Assembly: GCA_030741355.1 (NCBI GenBank)
Contig: JASLVM010000003.1
Location: 1-61,392, forward strand
Direction of reading: 5' to 3'
Length of the DNA stretch: 61,392 bases
From: Poseidonia sp.
GTDB taxonomy: Archaea > Thermoplasmatota > Poseidoniia > Poseidoniales > Poseidoniaceae
The first letter of the stretch is position 1, and each line of letters starts with the position of its first letter. The translations under genes were made by a program, and so were the position numbers. Positions 18,132 through 26,297 of this stretch are shown here, one piece after another. The notes below the pieces were generated by a model. It saw only the letters and a list, made by a program, of their open reading frames with translations, did not search any database and was not told where the DNA came from.

Positions 18132-21100
18132 CAAAAGTCGAGGTCAGAGAGTCTTGATTCCAAGTCGGCCAACGCCGTGTCCTTTGATGGCGTAGCAACC
18201 GGGTCATGAGCCGTTCGATGTGTACGTTCAGCATCCAGTCGAGCCAGTTCAGCCTCCAACTGGGCGCGCTCATCGTCCAGGCCTGATGAAGAGGTCGGGG
18301 TGAAGGCCGTTGATGCCTCGGTTTGAGCACCGCCTTCGTCATCGGTTGGTGGGGGGAGTGGCGACCATCCTTCGTCGTCCACCGACTCGGTGTCGGTCTT
18401 CACAATCGAAACCTCCTCGGCCTGCACCAGATGCGGTTCGAGGTCGTTCAGCATGGCCTCATTGACGGGTATTCGCTGCTCAGCGGGAATGGATTCACGT
18501 TCAAACGGTAGCAAACCATCACGCTGGAAATCCCACATCATGCCGCGTGGTCGACCGTCGGTCAATCCAGAGGCGTCGAGTTGGGTGATGAGTTCCTCAA
18601 GCACCCGAGCAGTTTCTTCCAAACCGATGGCTTCTCCGGCATCGCGCTGGTCGGCCTCAAGGTAGATGTCATCAAGGGCCACTTGGATGAGTTTTCTCGT
18701 ACCGAGGGCCAAACTTGGCAGTGCTTCAGGTCGCTGGCAGTTGGCGAGCAGAGCATGGACTTCGTGGGATGGTGCCCCGAGACGTTCCACCTGTTCCAAC
18801 ACATTTCGAATTCGTCGGAGCATCGTGATGGAGCGGTCGAAATCCTCCAGGAGATGTTCCAAATCAACCACGACGTGGTTGACCGTTTCTCCCAATTGTT
18901 GCTCCAGACGTTGTTGAACAGACCATCGGGCCAAACCTCGTACGGCTCCAGCCGTTTGAGGAACTTGACGCTCAAGGAGCGTCATGACCTCAGAAGAGAG
19001 GAGGTGGCGCGGCGTTGCTGCAACATGGTCCACCGTGCCCTGAATCACTTGGAGGGCACGTTCAACTGCACGGTCGAGCATGGTGACCGAATAACCGAGG
19101 CCTCGTGCGTGCTCAAGGCGTTCAAGAACCGGGCCGAGCCCTTGGAAGGTGTTGTTGTCGTCCAGCAAGGCCTGAGCAAGCGGCTCTTCAGCGAGGCGGG
19201 CTCGCAATCGCTCGGCTTCTTGGATGTCGGCAAGCGCCTCTTCATGGGCTTCAGCCAACGAGGTGGCCTTGTCCACCAGGGATGCGAGTTCCGCTTCTGC
19301 GTGCCCTCGTCGTGCCCCTAAATCACCCAACTCACGAAGCACTTGGCGTCGTTCATCCATCAACTCTCGAAGTTCCGCCTGAATGTTAGAACGGCGTGAT
19401 TCTTCCTCAGCGCGTCGGACGCGGTCTTCTTCCGTGCGATTTCGGGCGTGTTTTTCCTCCGTACGTGCGGCTTCAAGTTCCAAATTACTGACGTGAACCT
19501 GCTCTTGGGCGGTGATCAAATCCGATTGCACCCGGGCATGGCGCTCACGACTGGTGTTGACCTGTTCGCTCAAGACACGCAAACGGCGTTCTTCGTCCTC
19601 GCTCTGCTTCCGGATGGTGTTGAGGCGTTCACTGCCCTCCGCAAGATTGGCTTGTAATTCCGCTTCTTTGAGTGACAGGCTTTCGATGGCTTCCTTCAGT
19701 TCAGCGCTGCTCCCTGCATCACCGATGGCCTTGGCGAGCTCAGCCGCTCGTTCACTGACTTGGTGTTCCAACTCGTTGACTCGACGAACCAATCGCTCGG
19801 CGCGAGATTCGGCCTCTTCGGATTGCCCTCTTGCTTGTGCAAGGTCGACCTGCATGGTGTTGAGTTGTGCGTGGGCGTCTTCCAGTGCCGTGCTGTTTTC
19901 TTGGCGAGATTCCGTTGCTTCTCTGGCGACGATTTGTGCGGCGTCTTTCTTTTTCTCCAAAGCCTTTACTTGGCCTTCCAAGACCGCTTTGCTCTTGTTG
20001 AGTACGTCAATGGTCTGTTCGGCCTTTTCCAACTTCCTTCGAAGGCCAGCATCCACCGCTGCAACCGCTTCGTCTCGCATGACGGGTAGCGGTTCTGCGA
20101 CATCAGCACCGTCGGATTTGAACGCCATCTTTGCGCGTTCCTTTTGCAACGCCTCAAGCCCCGCATGGAATCCCAGCATGTCGTCCAGGAGGCTCTTGAG
20201 CGATGCTTGCCGGGCTTCTGAACGTGTTCGCACCGTCGCAAGAGATTGGATGAACCCGGACAGTGTGAACGTGTCAACCGTCCCGGAGGTGGCGGAGACG
20301 ATGGTTCCGGCGGGGAATCGAATGAGTTGCACCTTTCTCTTCGCCTCGGTGAGTGCCATCATCGCTTCTTCTTCGCTGTCGTAGGCCGGGGCCCACAAGG
20401 CAACGGGTGTGCCACGGGAGAGCACCAACGACACGCCTTTGCTGGAAGAGCCGGATTGGATATGCCCTGTGACTTCCTCGTCCAAGCCGGCTTTCAACAT
20501 TGAAATCACGGCGTCAGGGCCACCTCGACCGTCTCGGAGCGTGAACCCCTCTGGCATTTTTGATCCGTGAGCACCTGCGGCCACGATATCTCCGTCCAAA
20601 GCGATGGAGGCGGAGGAAAGAAGGCGAGCATGGTTGGCGTCTTTTTCGGTCCAAACAGCGAGTGATATCTCTCCGCTTTGAGCCAACAAGAGAGCTCCGT
20701 TTTCCGTGTGGAGGGTCCAATGACTCTGGCCTTTCATGCCCCATTGGCTGTGAAGTTCCTGCCCGCCCATGGCGGCCATCATCTGGTGAAGTTCACTGGC
20801 CAGGCGTTCTTCTTCGCCAAGGCCGGGAAGATCGCCGACGTGGTCAATGAGCATCCCGCTGTCAATGGCCATCGCTCCTCGCACCGTCGTGTTGGTTTCG
20901 AGGGTTCTGATGACGGTGGAAAGGTCGCGAGAGAGGAGTCGTTCCACGGCGTTGGTTGAGGACTTCAGGCCTTGACGGTCGGCCTGGTGGACAAAAGCCT
21001 CCGGCACGAGTTCGGCAAGACTTCCAAGTTCACCCATGCTGTAGGACGTGGCGAGGTGTCGGAATTTTTGCTCTGCTTCAAGATGTTCTAAACGGAGCTT

Positions 21101-21307
21101 GGCCTCAACGCCTCCAAGCAGCGTGTTCTTCTTCTCTGCATCAGCGAGGTAGCCGACGATTCGGCCACCACGGACGAGTCGATGGCCCACCGGTGTTTTG
21201 CGGCGGCCGAGGTAGGTCGAAATAGCGCCGTGAGCAAAGGACTGAAGCACCCCTTCTTCCAGTGTGATCGTTTCGTTGATGGGGGTTCCTGCTGGTAATT
21301 CAAACAT
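18131..21307 (-). CDS. 1058-aa Roadblock-like / long coiled-coil protein with acidic tail
   Basis: Long uninterrupted ORF. Residues ~122-235 follow the Roadblock/LC7 pattern. Residues ~415-705 are E/R/A/L/Q-rich coiled coil. Then comes a helical domain and an acidic C-terminus ending LSDLDF. No Walker motifs seen. Confidence 0.8.
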   Translation of the reverse strand: MFELPAGTPINETITLEEGVLQSFAHGAISTYLGRRKTPVGHRLVRGGRIVGYLADAEKKNTLLGGVEAKLRLEHLEAEQKFRHLATSYSMGELGSLAELVPEAFVHQADRQGLKSSTNAVERLLSRDLSTVIRTLETNTTVRGAMAIDSGMLIDHVGDLPGLGEEERLASELHQMMAAMGGQELHSQWGMKGQSHWTLHTENGALLLAQSGEISLAVWTEKDANHARLLSSASIALDGDIVAAGAHGSKMPEGFTLRDGRGGPDAVISMLKAGLDEEVTGHIQSGSSSKGVSLVLSRGTPVALWAPAYDSEEEAMMALTEAKRKVQLIRFPAGTIVSATSGTVDTFTLSGFIQSLATVRTRSEARQASLKSLLDDMLGFHAGLEALQKERAKMAFKSDGADVAEPLPVMRDEAVAAVDAGLRRKLEKAEQTIDVLNKSKAVLEGQVKALEKKKDAAQIVAREATESRQENSTALEDAHAQLNTMQVDLAQARGQSEEAESRAERLVRRVNELEHQVSERAAELAKAIGDAGSSAELKEAIESLSLKEAELQANLAEGSERLNTIRKQSEDEERRLRVLSEQVNTSRERHARVQSDLITAQEQVHVSNLELEAARTEEKHARNRTEEDRVRRAEEESRRSNIQAELRELMDERRQVLRELGDLGARRGHAEAELASLVDKATSLAEAHEEALADIQEAERLRARLAEEPLAQALLDDNNTFQGLGPVLERLEHARGLGYSVTMLDRAVERALQVIQGTVDHVAATPRHLLSSEVMTLLERQVPQTAGAVRGLARWSVQQRLEQQLGETVNHVVVDLEHLLEDFDRSITMLRRIRNVLEQVERLGAPSHEVHALLANCQRPEALPSLALGTRKLIQVALDDIYLEADQRDAGEAIGLEETARVLEELITQLDASGLTDGRPRGMMWDFQRDGLLPFERESIPAEQRIPVNEAMLNDLEPHLVQAEEVSIVKTDTESVDDEGWSPLPPPTDDEGGAQTEASTAFTPTSSSGLDDERAQLEAELARLDAERTHRTAHDPVATPSKDTALADLESRLSDLDF

Positions 21308-21317
21308 GCTTGTTCAC

Positions 21318-21659
21318 CTACATTTCTTGGGTTGTTGCCAGTTGAGGGCGGAGATGGTCCATGGAATGCCTCCACCGTGCAATGTTGCCTTTTGTTCCGG
21401 CTAACATGACGATTCTGTAGGGCGTGAGGATGTCAATGAGGACCTGATCCTCGCCCTCGATCCACAGTTCGTGCATGTCGCCTTGGTCGTGGTTCTGGAC
21501 CGCATCCAACGCAGCGACCGTCAACTCAACTGCACGGTCCACGGGAGGGAGTTGCCCTTCCGTGCCAACGCTGGAAAGCAATTTTCCTCGGTCGTCCATC
21601 ATCATCGCTTGCTCCACGCCGTCAATCTTGAGAAATTCCCCCAGAAGACGTTGCAACAT
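21318..21659 (-). CDS. Roadblock/LC7 (MglB-like) domain protein (113 aa)
   Basis: LLGEFLKIDGVEQAMMMDDRGKLLSSVG...LTVAALDAV...MHELWIEGEDQVLIDILTPYRIVMLAGTKGNIA matches the alpha-beta-alpha Roadblock layout. Stop lies 10 nt before the giant gene. Confidence 0.7.
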   Translation of the reverse strand: MLQRLLGEFLKIDGVEQAMMMDDRGKLLSSVGTEGQLPPVDRAVELTVAALDAVQNHDQGDMHELWIEGEDQVLIDILTPYRIVMLAGTKGNIARWRHSMDHLRPQLATTQEM

Positions 21660-21870
21660 GCCTGCTCAACCTGATTGACAGCGCTGTAGCCTTCAAGAAG
21701 TTTTGCGCTTGGCTGAAGAAATATGGCGGTTTGAGCACCTTTCGCTTTTTTCCAACTGGAAAATAAGTTTCTTCCTCTCTCTGATGAGGCGCTTCAATCG
21801 TTTCCAGTCCATTGAACAGCGGAGATTCTCACTCCTGCAGGGGTGAAGTTCAACCCGGATGTGCGATGAA

Positions 21871-21910
21871 ATTTTCCAATTAAAGATTCAATTTTTCAAT
21901 TGAAGAATTC
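21871..21910. repeat. tandem AT-rich ~20-nt direct repeat in divergent promoter region
   Basis: ATTTTCCAATTAAAGATTC (21871-21889) is followed by ATTTTTCAATTGAAGAATTC (21891-21910). Confidence 0.6.
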
Positions 21911-21981
21911 GATATCAAAATCTGGTGGCACCCTCCTCCTCTGCCGCTCATTTGAAACCCTACCTCTGTTGAGGCGTAACC

Positions 21982-22995
21982 ATGGGAGGCGCAGGTTCGG
22001 AGGGGTTGTTCACCGTTCCAACGTGTGACGCTTGTGACAAACCTGCCGTCGTCGAACAAGCGTATTCCGGGCGCATCTTGTGTGGAAAGCATCTGGCAAA
22101 ATCGGTGCGAAAGAAGATCAGTAAGGAATTGCGCCTTCAATTGCCACTGAAAAAAGGCGAACATACCACGGTTCTTGTTGCTGTTTCAGGAGGGAAGGAT
22201 TCAGCCGTCTTGCTCGATGCCTTGGTTGACCTCATTGGGAAACGAAGGGATGTTACCATCGTTGCCGGAACGGTTGATGAGGGGATTGAGGGGTACCGCC
22301 CTCCCTCCATTGATTGCGCAGCATCGCTATGCGAACGACTTGGCGTTGAGCACCATGTCGTAACCTATCCAGAACTCTCCTTTATCGAAATGGACGAGGT
22401 GGTTCAACGCCTTCCCATGGCGATTCAGAAAGACAACGATGCTCCACGAATGGCTTGCTCTTACTGCGGTGTTTTCCGTCGCCAAGGCATCAATCACCTT
22501 GCGGAGCGACTCGGTGCAGACGTCATCGCTTTGGGGCACAACCTCGACGACATGGCCCAGACCGTGCTCATGAACATGGCCAACGCCGATATTGAACGCA
22601 CGTTGCGCCTGGCCCCTCATACGGCTACACCGGTTGACGGTCTGTCTCCTCGAATCGTACCGCTACGTTGGGTTCCAGAACAGGAGGTTCACCTCTATGC
22701 TCTCCACCGCAACCTCCCGCTTCATCACGAGGAATGCCCGAATGCACGTGGTGCTCTTCGGTGGCGACACCGAGAGATGGTGGCGCAGATGGAAGCCGAT
22801 GTTCCGGGGACTCGACACGGTCTTGTTCGCATGGCCGACCAAATCAAAGGGCTTCGCGACCAAGTGGTGGCGTTGGGTGGAGAAGGACAACGGCCTGCTC
22901 CTCCTACGCCCTGTCCTCGCTGTGGAAGTCCAAGTTCAGGGGCGCAGTGCAAGGCCTGCGATATGCGGGATTTGCTCGGTGTCGAAAACGATTAG
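21982..22995 (+). CDS. PP-loop tRNA 2-thiolation ATPase (TtuA/NcsA family)
   Basis: PP-loop VAVSGGKDSAVL, an N-terminal CDAC..CGKH zinc finger and a C-terminal CPRCG..CKAC zinc finger. Confidence 0.85.
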   Translation: MGGAGSEGLFTVPTCDACDKPAVVEQAYSGRILCGKHLAKSVRKKISKELRLQLPLKKGEHTTVLVAVSGGKDSAVLLDALVDLIGKRRDVTIVAGTVDEGIEGYRPPSIDCAASLCERLGVEHHVVTYPELSFIEMDEVVQRLPMAIQKDNDAPRMACSYCGVFRRQGINHLAERLGADVIALGHNLDDMAQTVLMNMANADIERTLRLAPHTATPVDGLSPRIVPLRWVPEQEVHLYALHRNLPLHHEECPNARGALRWRHREMVAQMEADVPGTRHGLVRMADQIKGLRDQVVALGGEGQRPAPPTPCPRCGSPSSGAQCKACDMRDLLGVEND

Positions 22996-23471
22996 ATCAC
23001 GTTGTTGGCCAGTTCGTCAAGGTCCTGTGGGCGGCCGCAGTAGTGGCACCTCAATTCAAGCGGGACTCTTGAGAGGATCTTCAACCGGTGGGCGAGGGGT
23101 TCGCGAGGGTTCGTCGTGATGCAATTTGAAAATGTGCATCGGACGACGTTGGTGATTTCATCGCCCAACTCAATCGTCAGTTTCTCGGCGACACTGTAGG
23201 CTCGAATAATGGCCACATGGGCATCGGGTGCAACGAGGGCGAGGCGATTCAATTCGTCTTGATTCAATTCGCGGTCTTCCACTTTGATGATGTCTTTGGT
23301 GCCCATTTTCTTCGAGGGAACGTTCATGACCATGGAAACAGGAACCGATGAGGTTTTGTTGATTCCTAGCATTTCCAAGACTCGCATGGCTTGACCAGCA
23401 GGAATGTGGTCGATGACGGTCCCGTTGCGGATGGCCGTCACTCTTCGCATGTTGTGTTCTTGAGACATCAA
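22992..23471 (-). CDS. pyrI: aspartate carbamoyltransferase regulatory subunit
   Basis: VTAIRNGTVIDHIPAG N-domain and a C-terminal Zn domain (CTFSNCIT..CHYCGR). The start overlaps the pyrB stop. Confidence 0.93.
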   Translation of the reverse strand: MMSQEHNMRRVTAIRNGTVIDHIPAGQAMRVLEMLGINKTSSVPVSMVMNVPSKKMGTKDIIKVEDRELNQDELNRLALVAPDAHVAIIRAYSVAEKLTIELGDEITNVVRCTFSNCITTNPREPLAHRLKILSRVPLELRCHYCGRPQDLDELANNVI

Positions 23472-24409
23472 GCACCACCTCCAATGTCTGCAGGGACCTC
23501 AATGTTGAGCAAACGGCACAAGAGGGCCATGCGAGCCACCACCCCGTTGAAGGCTTGCTCGAAATACCGAGCATGACGCGTTTGGTCGACCGAAGGGTGG
23601 ATTTCGTCCACGCGAGGGAGAGGATGCATGATGATCATGTCTTCTTTGGCTCCTTCGAGATTGGAAGCGTGGAGTTTGTATGCACCGGCAACTTTGGCGT
23701 ATTCATCTTCGTCAGCGAAGCGTTCTTTTTGGATGCGAGTCATGTAGACCACATCAGCTGTTTCAAGTGAACCGAGCAAATCTTCTGTTTCGGTGATGTT
23801 TGCTCCGTGAGCGTTCAGGTCGTTGACGATCTCTTTGGGCATTTTCAACAGACTCGGGCTGGCGAGAACGAGTTCGCAACCAAATCGAATGAGGGCATGG
23901 CTCAGCGAATGGACGGTTCGGCCGTAGCGGAGGTCGCCTGCAAGGATGACTTTGAGGCCGTCCAGTCGGCCGTGTGCTTGCTGTATGGTGAACAAGTCAA
24001 GCATGGTTTGGGTAGGGTGGTGGCCGGCACCATCGCCGCCGTTGAGAATGGGGACTCTTGCTGCATCCTGAGCGTATTGTGCAGCACCTTGTCTCGGATG
24101 GCGCATCGCGATGATGTCGGTGTAACCGTCCACCATCTGAATGGTGTCAAACAGCGTCTCGCCCTTGACCACGGAGGAGGTTTTCACATCACCGAGGTTC
24201 ACCACATCGCCACCAAGTCGTTTCATGGCGGTTTCAAAGGACATACGGGTTCGGGTGCTCGGTTCGAAAAACAGATTGCCCAAAATTTTGCCCTGCAAAA
24301 GGGGAAGGTAGGTCTCGCCTTGAGCAACGGGCAGCAAGCGTTGGGCATCATCCAAGATGCTCAGTATTTCTTCGTTGGATAAATCATCCATGGTAATGAG
24401 TCCCGGCAT
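23468..24409 (-). CDS. pyrB: aspartate carbamoyltransferase catalytic subunit
   Basis: ORF 23468..24910 trimmed to MPGLITMDDL (ATG 24409). Motifs FFEPSTRTR, HPTQ and HPLPR. Confidence 0.95.
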   Translation of the reverse strand: MPGLITMDDLSNEEILSILDDAQRLLPVAQGETYLPLLQGKILGNLFFEPSTRTRMSFETAMKRLGGDVVNLGDVKTSSVVKGETLFDTIQMVDGYTDIIAMRHPRQGAAQYAQDAARVPILNGGDGAGHHPTQTMLDLFTIQQAHGRLDGLKVILAGDLRYGRTVHSLSHALIRFGCELVLASPSLLKMPKEIVNDLNAHGANITETEDLLGSLETADVVYMTRIQKERFADEDEYAKVAGAYKLHASNLEGAKEDMIIMHPLPRVDEIHPSVDQTRHARYFEQAFNGVVARMALLCRLLNIEVPADIGGGA

Positions 24410-24512
24410 GGTGTTCCCTCGTAAGTCTTCACACCCCGATAACACCCTTGAACATTGCCGCTGTGTTGGTTCGCTCACAAGGGGCCGCCTCGTCCAAATC
24501 ATCGGAGTGATT

Positions 24513-26297
24513 ATGGGGAACAGCACTGAGGCCCTCACCATGGTCACCTGGGCGGATGCAGACGCAGCCGTTGAAGCCGAGCGGGCCCAGCGAGCAAAAC
24601 GGGTAGAAAACGCCACGTTGTTCACTGCGCTATCCCTGTTGGTATGTTCGGTTTGGCTCGCCTGGCCCTCCATCAAGGGGTTGATGGAAGGTGACGGGGT
24701 GGTGCTCACCAGTTTTGGAGCCCCTCTGGTTCTCTTGATATGGGGGATTTTTGTACAAGATTTGACCCTTGACGACGCCGTTGCTCGTTCTCGTGTCGCC
24801 TCAGCCACCAGTATTGCTTGGCCCGTGCTTCTCTGTTTGGGGGCTTTGGGGCTTGACGGCAACCGTCTGGAAATCATCGGAAGCGTTTTGATTATTTTTT
24901 CGGGCCTCATGTGCCGCCAACTCTCTCACCAAACGATGCGGGGAAACTTCGGCGTGCTTCGTTATCGGGCTGTTCTGACCGGTATCGGGTCGGCTTCAGC
25001 GCTTGCTTTGACCCTGACGCAAAGCGAAACACTGCTCTCACTCTCTGGAGGAACAGCAGGTCTGGTGTCCGCCTTTTCTGTGCTTGACACCGTCTATACG
25101 TGGACGGTTGGCGATGACCAAAAAGTTGAGCGAAAGCAATTCAAGAAACGCCTCGATGTTTTGGAAACCCGCCTCTTGGAACTCAAGGCTCAAGGCGCTG
25201 CCGTGGCTCAAGCCGCGAGTTTGCTGACGACAGCAAAAGAAGAAGGGCATTTGGATCCTGAATACGGCATGCGCTTGTTGGACGAGAGTGAGGAGGACAT
25301 GGAGCGAGCCCTCTCACTGGCCGACGATGTTGAAATCATCCGGAAGGACGCCCTTGACGCCGTGACCGCCGCCGAGGACATCGCCCCCACTGCCAAACGC
25401 CCACGTAAAGCGTATGATATGGGTGAGCGCGAGGTAAAACTCGGTTCCTTGAGGGAAGGCGAACTCCTCTATCGTCAGGCGAAAAAACGAGCCGCTGATA
25501 TCATCGCATGGTGGTCGAAAGCAGAAGGGGTTATCCTCGAGGCCACGCGGGCTCTTGACGGAAAGCAAGGGGCCGGTGTCTCGCATCTCAGAGAATTGTT
25601 GAACGATGCGAAAACAAAGCTCTCACAAGAACAGCCCAAGGAGGCGTACGAGTTTGCCATCGCAATTTTACCTCAATTGGAAGCGGATGAAGGAGCCCTT
25701 GAACGAGCTAAAACCTCGCTTGTGGAAGCCAGGAGGACCGTTGACCAAAGTGACGGCTTGGATACGGAGGAGTTTGAGGAACGCTTGCAGCAAGCCGAAC
25801 AAGCGCTTGAGGCTGGAAACGCCAGTCAAGCCATTGGCCTGGCGGATGGTGTGGTTCGAACGGTTGAGCGAGAGCGCGCAGCGATGGACGATGTCCTTCG
25901 TGCGTTGAAACAAAAGAAGCAACTCACCAAACGCTACCAAACTCGAGATGACCGTGAGACATGGGACGGCTTGCTTCAGGAGATCATCGACGCTGCCGAC
26001 CAACGCCTTTGGTCCCATGCCGGCATGCTGTTGGAACGCATGACTTCGGCGCTGGACAAAGAAGGGCACGCAAGCGAAGAGGCCAAGGAACTCTACGATT
26101 TCGTTATCGAGCAATGGAAGGTCCTCAGAAACCAATGCGAAGCAGCGAACATCAAGGTGGTGGATGAGGACCGGCGCGCTTGCGAAGAGGCGATTGCTGA
26201 GGCAGAAAGTGCCCTTCAGGGCGGTCGTGTCAAGTCCACCTTGGACGCCCTCGGTCAGGCCGATGCTGCGATGGAGCGCTTGCGCCGAAGAATTTGA
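24513..26297 (+). CDS. membrane protein with C-terminal alpha-helical repeat domain (594 aa)
   Basis: ORF 24357 trimmed to ATG 24513. About 5-6 N-terminal TMs, then ~380 aa of E/A/L/R-rich helical hairpin repeats. Confidence 0.65.
   Translation: MGNSTEALTMVTWADADAAVEAERAQRAKRVENATLFTALSLLVCSVWLAWPSIKGLMEGDGVVLTSFGAPLVLLIWGIFVQDLTLDDAVARSRVASATSIAWPVLLCLGALGLDGNRLEIIGSVLIIFSGLMCRQLSHQTMRGNFGVLRYRAVLTGIGSASALALTLTQSETLLSLSGGTAGLVSAFSVLDTVYTWTVGDDQKVERKQFKKRLDVLETRLLELKAQGAAVAQAASLLTTAKEEGHLDPEYGMRLLDESEEDMERALSLADDVEIIRKDALDAVTAAEDIAPTAKRPRKAYDMGEREVKLGSLREGELLYRQAKKRAADIIAWWSKAEGVILEATRALDGKQGAGVSHLRELLNDAKTKLSQEQPKEAYEFAIAILPQLEADEGALERAKTSLVEARRTVDQSDGLDTEEFEERLQQAEQALEAGNASQAIGLADGVVRTVERERAAMDDVLRALKQKKQLTKRYQTRDDRETWDGLLQEIIDAADQRLWSHAGMLLERMTSALDKEGHASEEAKELYDFVIEQWKVLRNQCEAANIKVVDEDRRACEEAIAEAESALQGGRVKSTLDALGQADAAMERLRRRI

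Noticed and set aside
19512-20384. 290-aa Ser/Ala/Arg-rich plus-strand ORF, and similar ORFs at 18581..19321
   Set aside because: They are the mirror image of the E/A/R/L coiled-coil codons of the 1058-aa gene. They are low-complexity, with no independent start context.
21779-21870. Possible C/D-box sRNA (a CTGATGA element at 21781-21787)
   Set aside because: There is no correctly spaced D' / C' / D (CUGA) boxes or terminal stem on either strand. It is a single box-like hexamer only.
24410-24910. 167-aa N-terminal extension of the pyrB ORF
   Set aside because: The canonical ATCase N-terminus begins at MPGLITMDDL (ATG 24409). The extension is Ser/Arg/Thr-rich, non-homologous, and overlaps the divergent gene starting at 24513.
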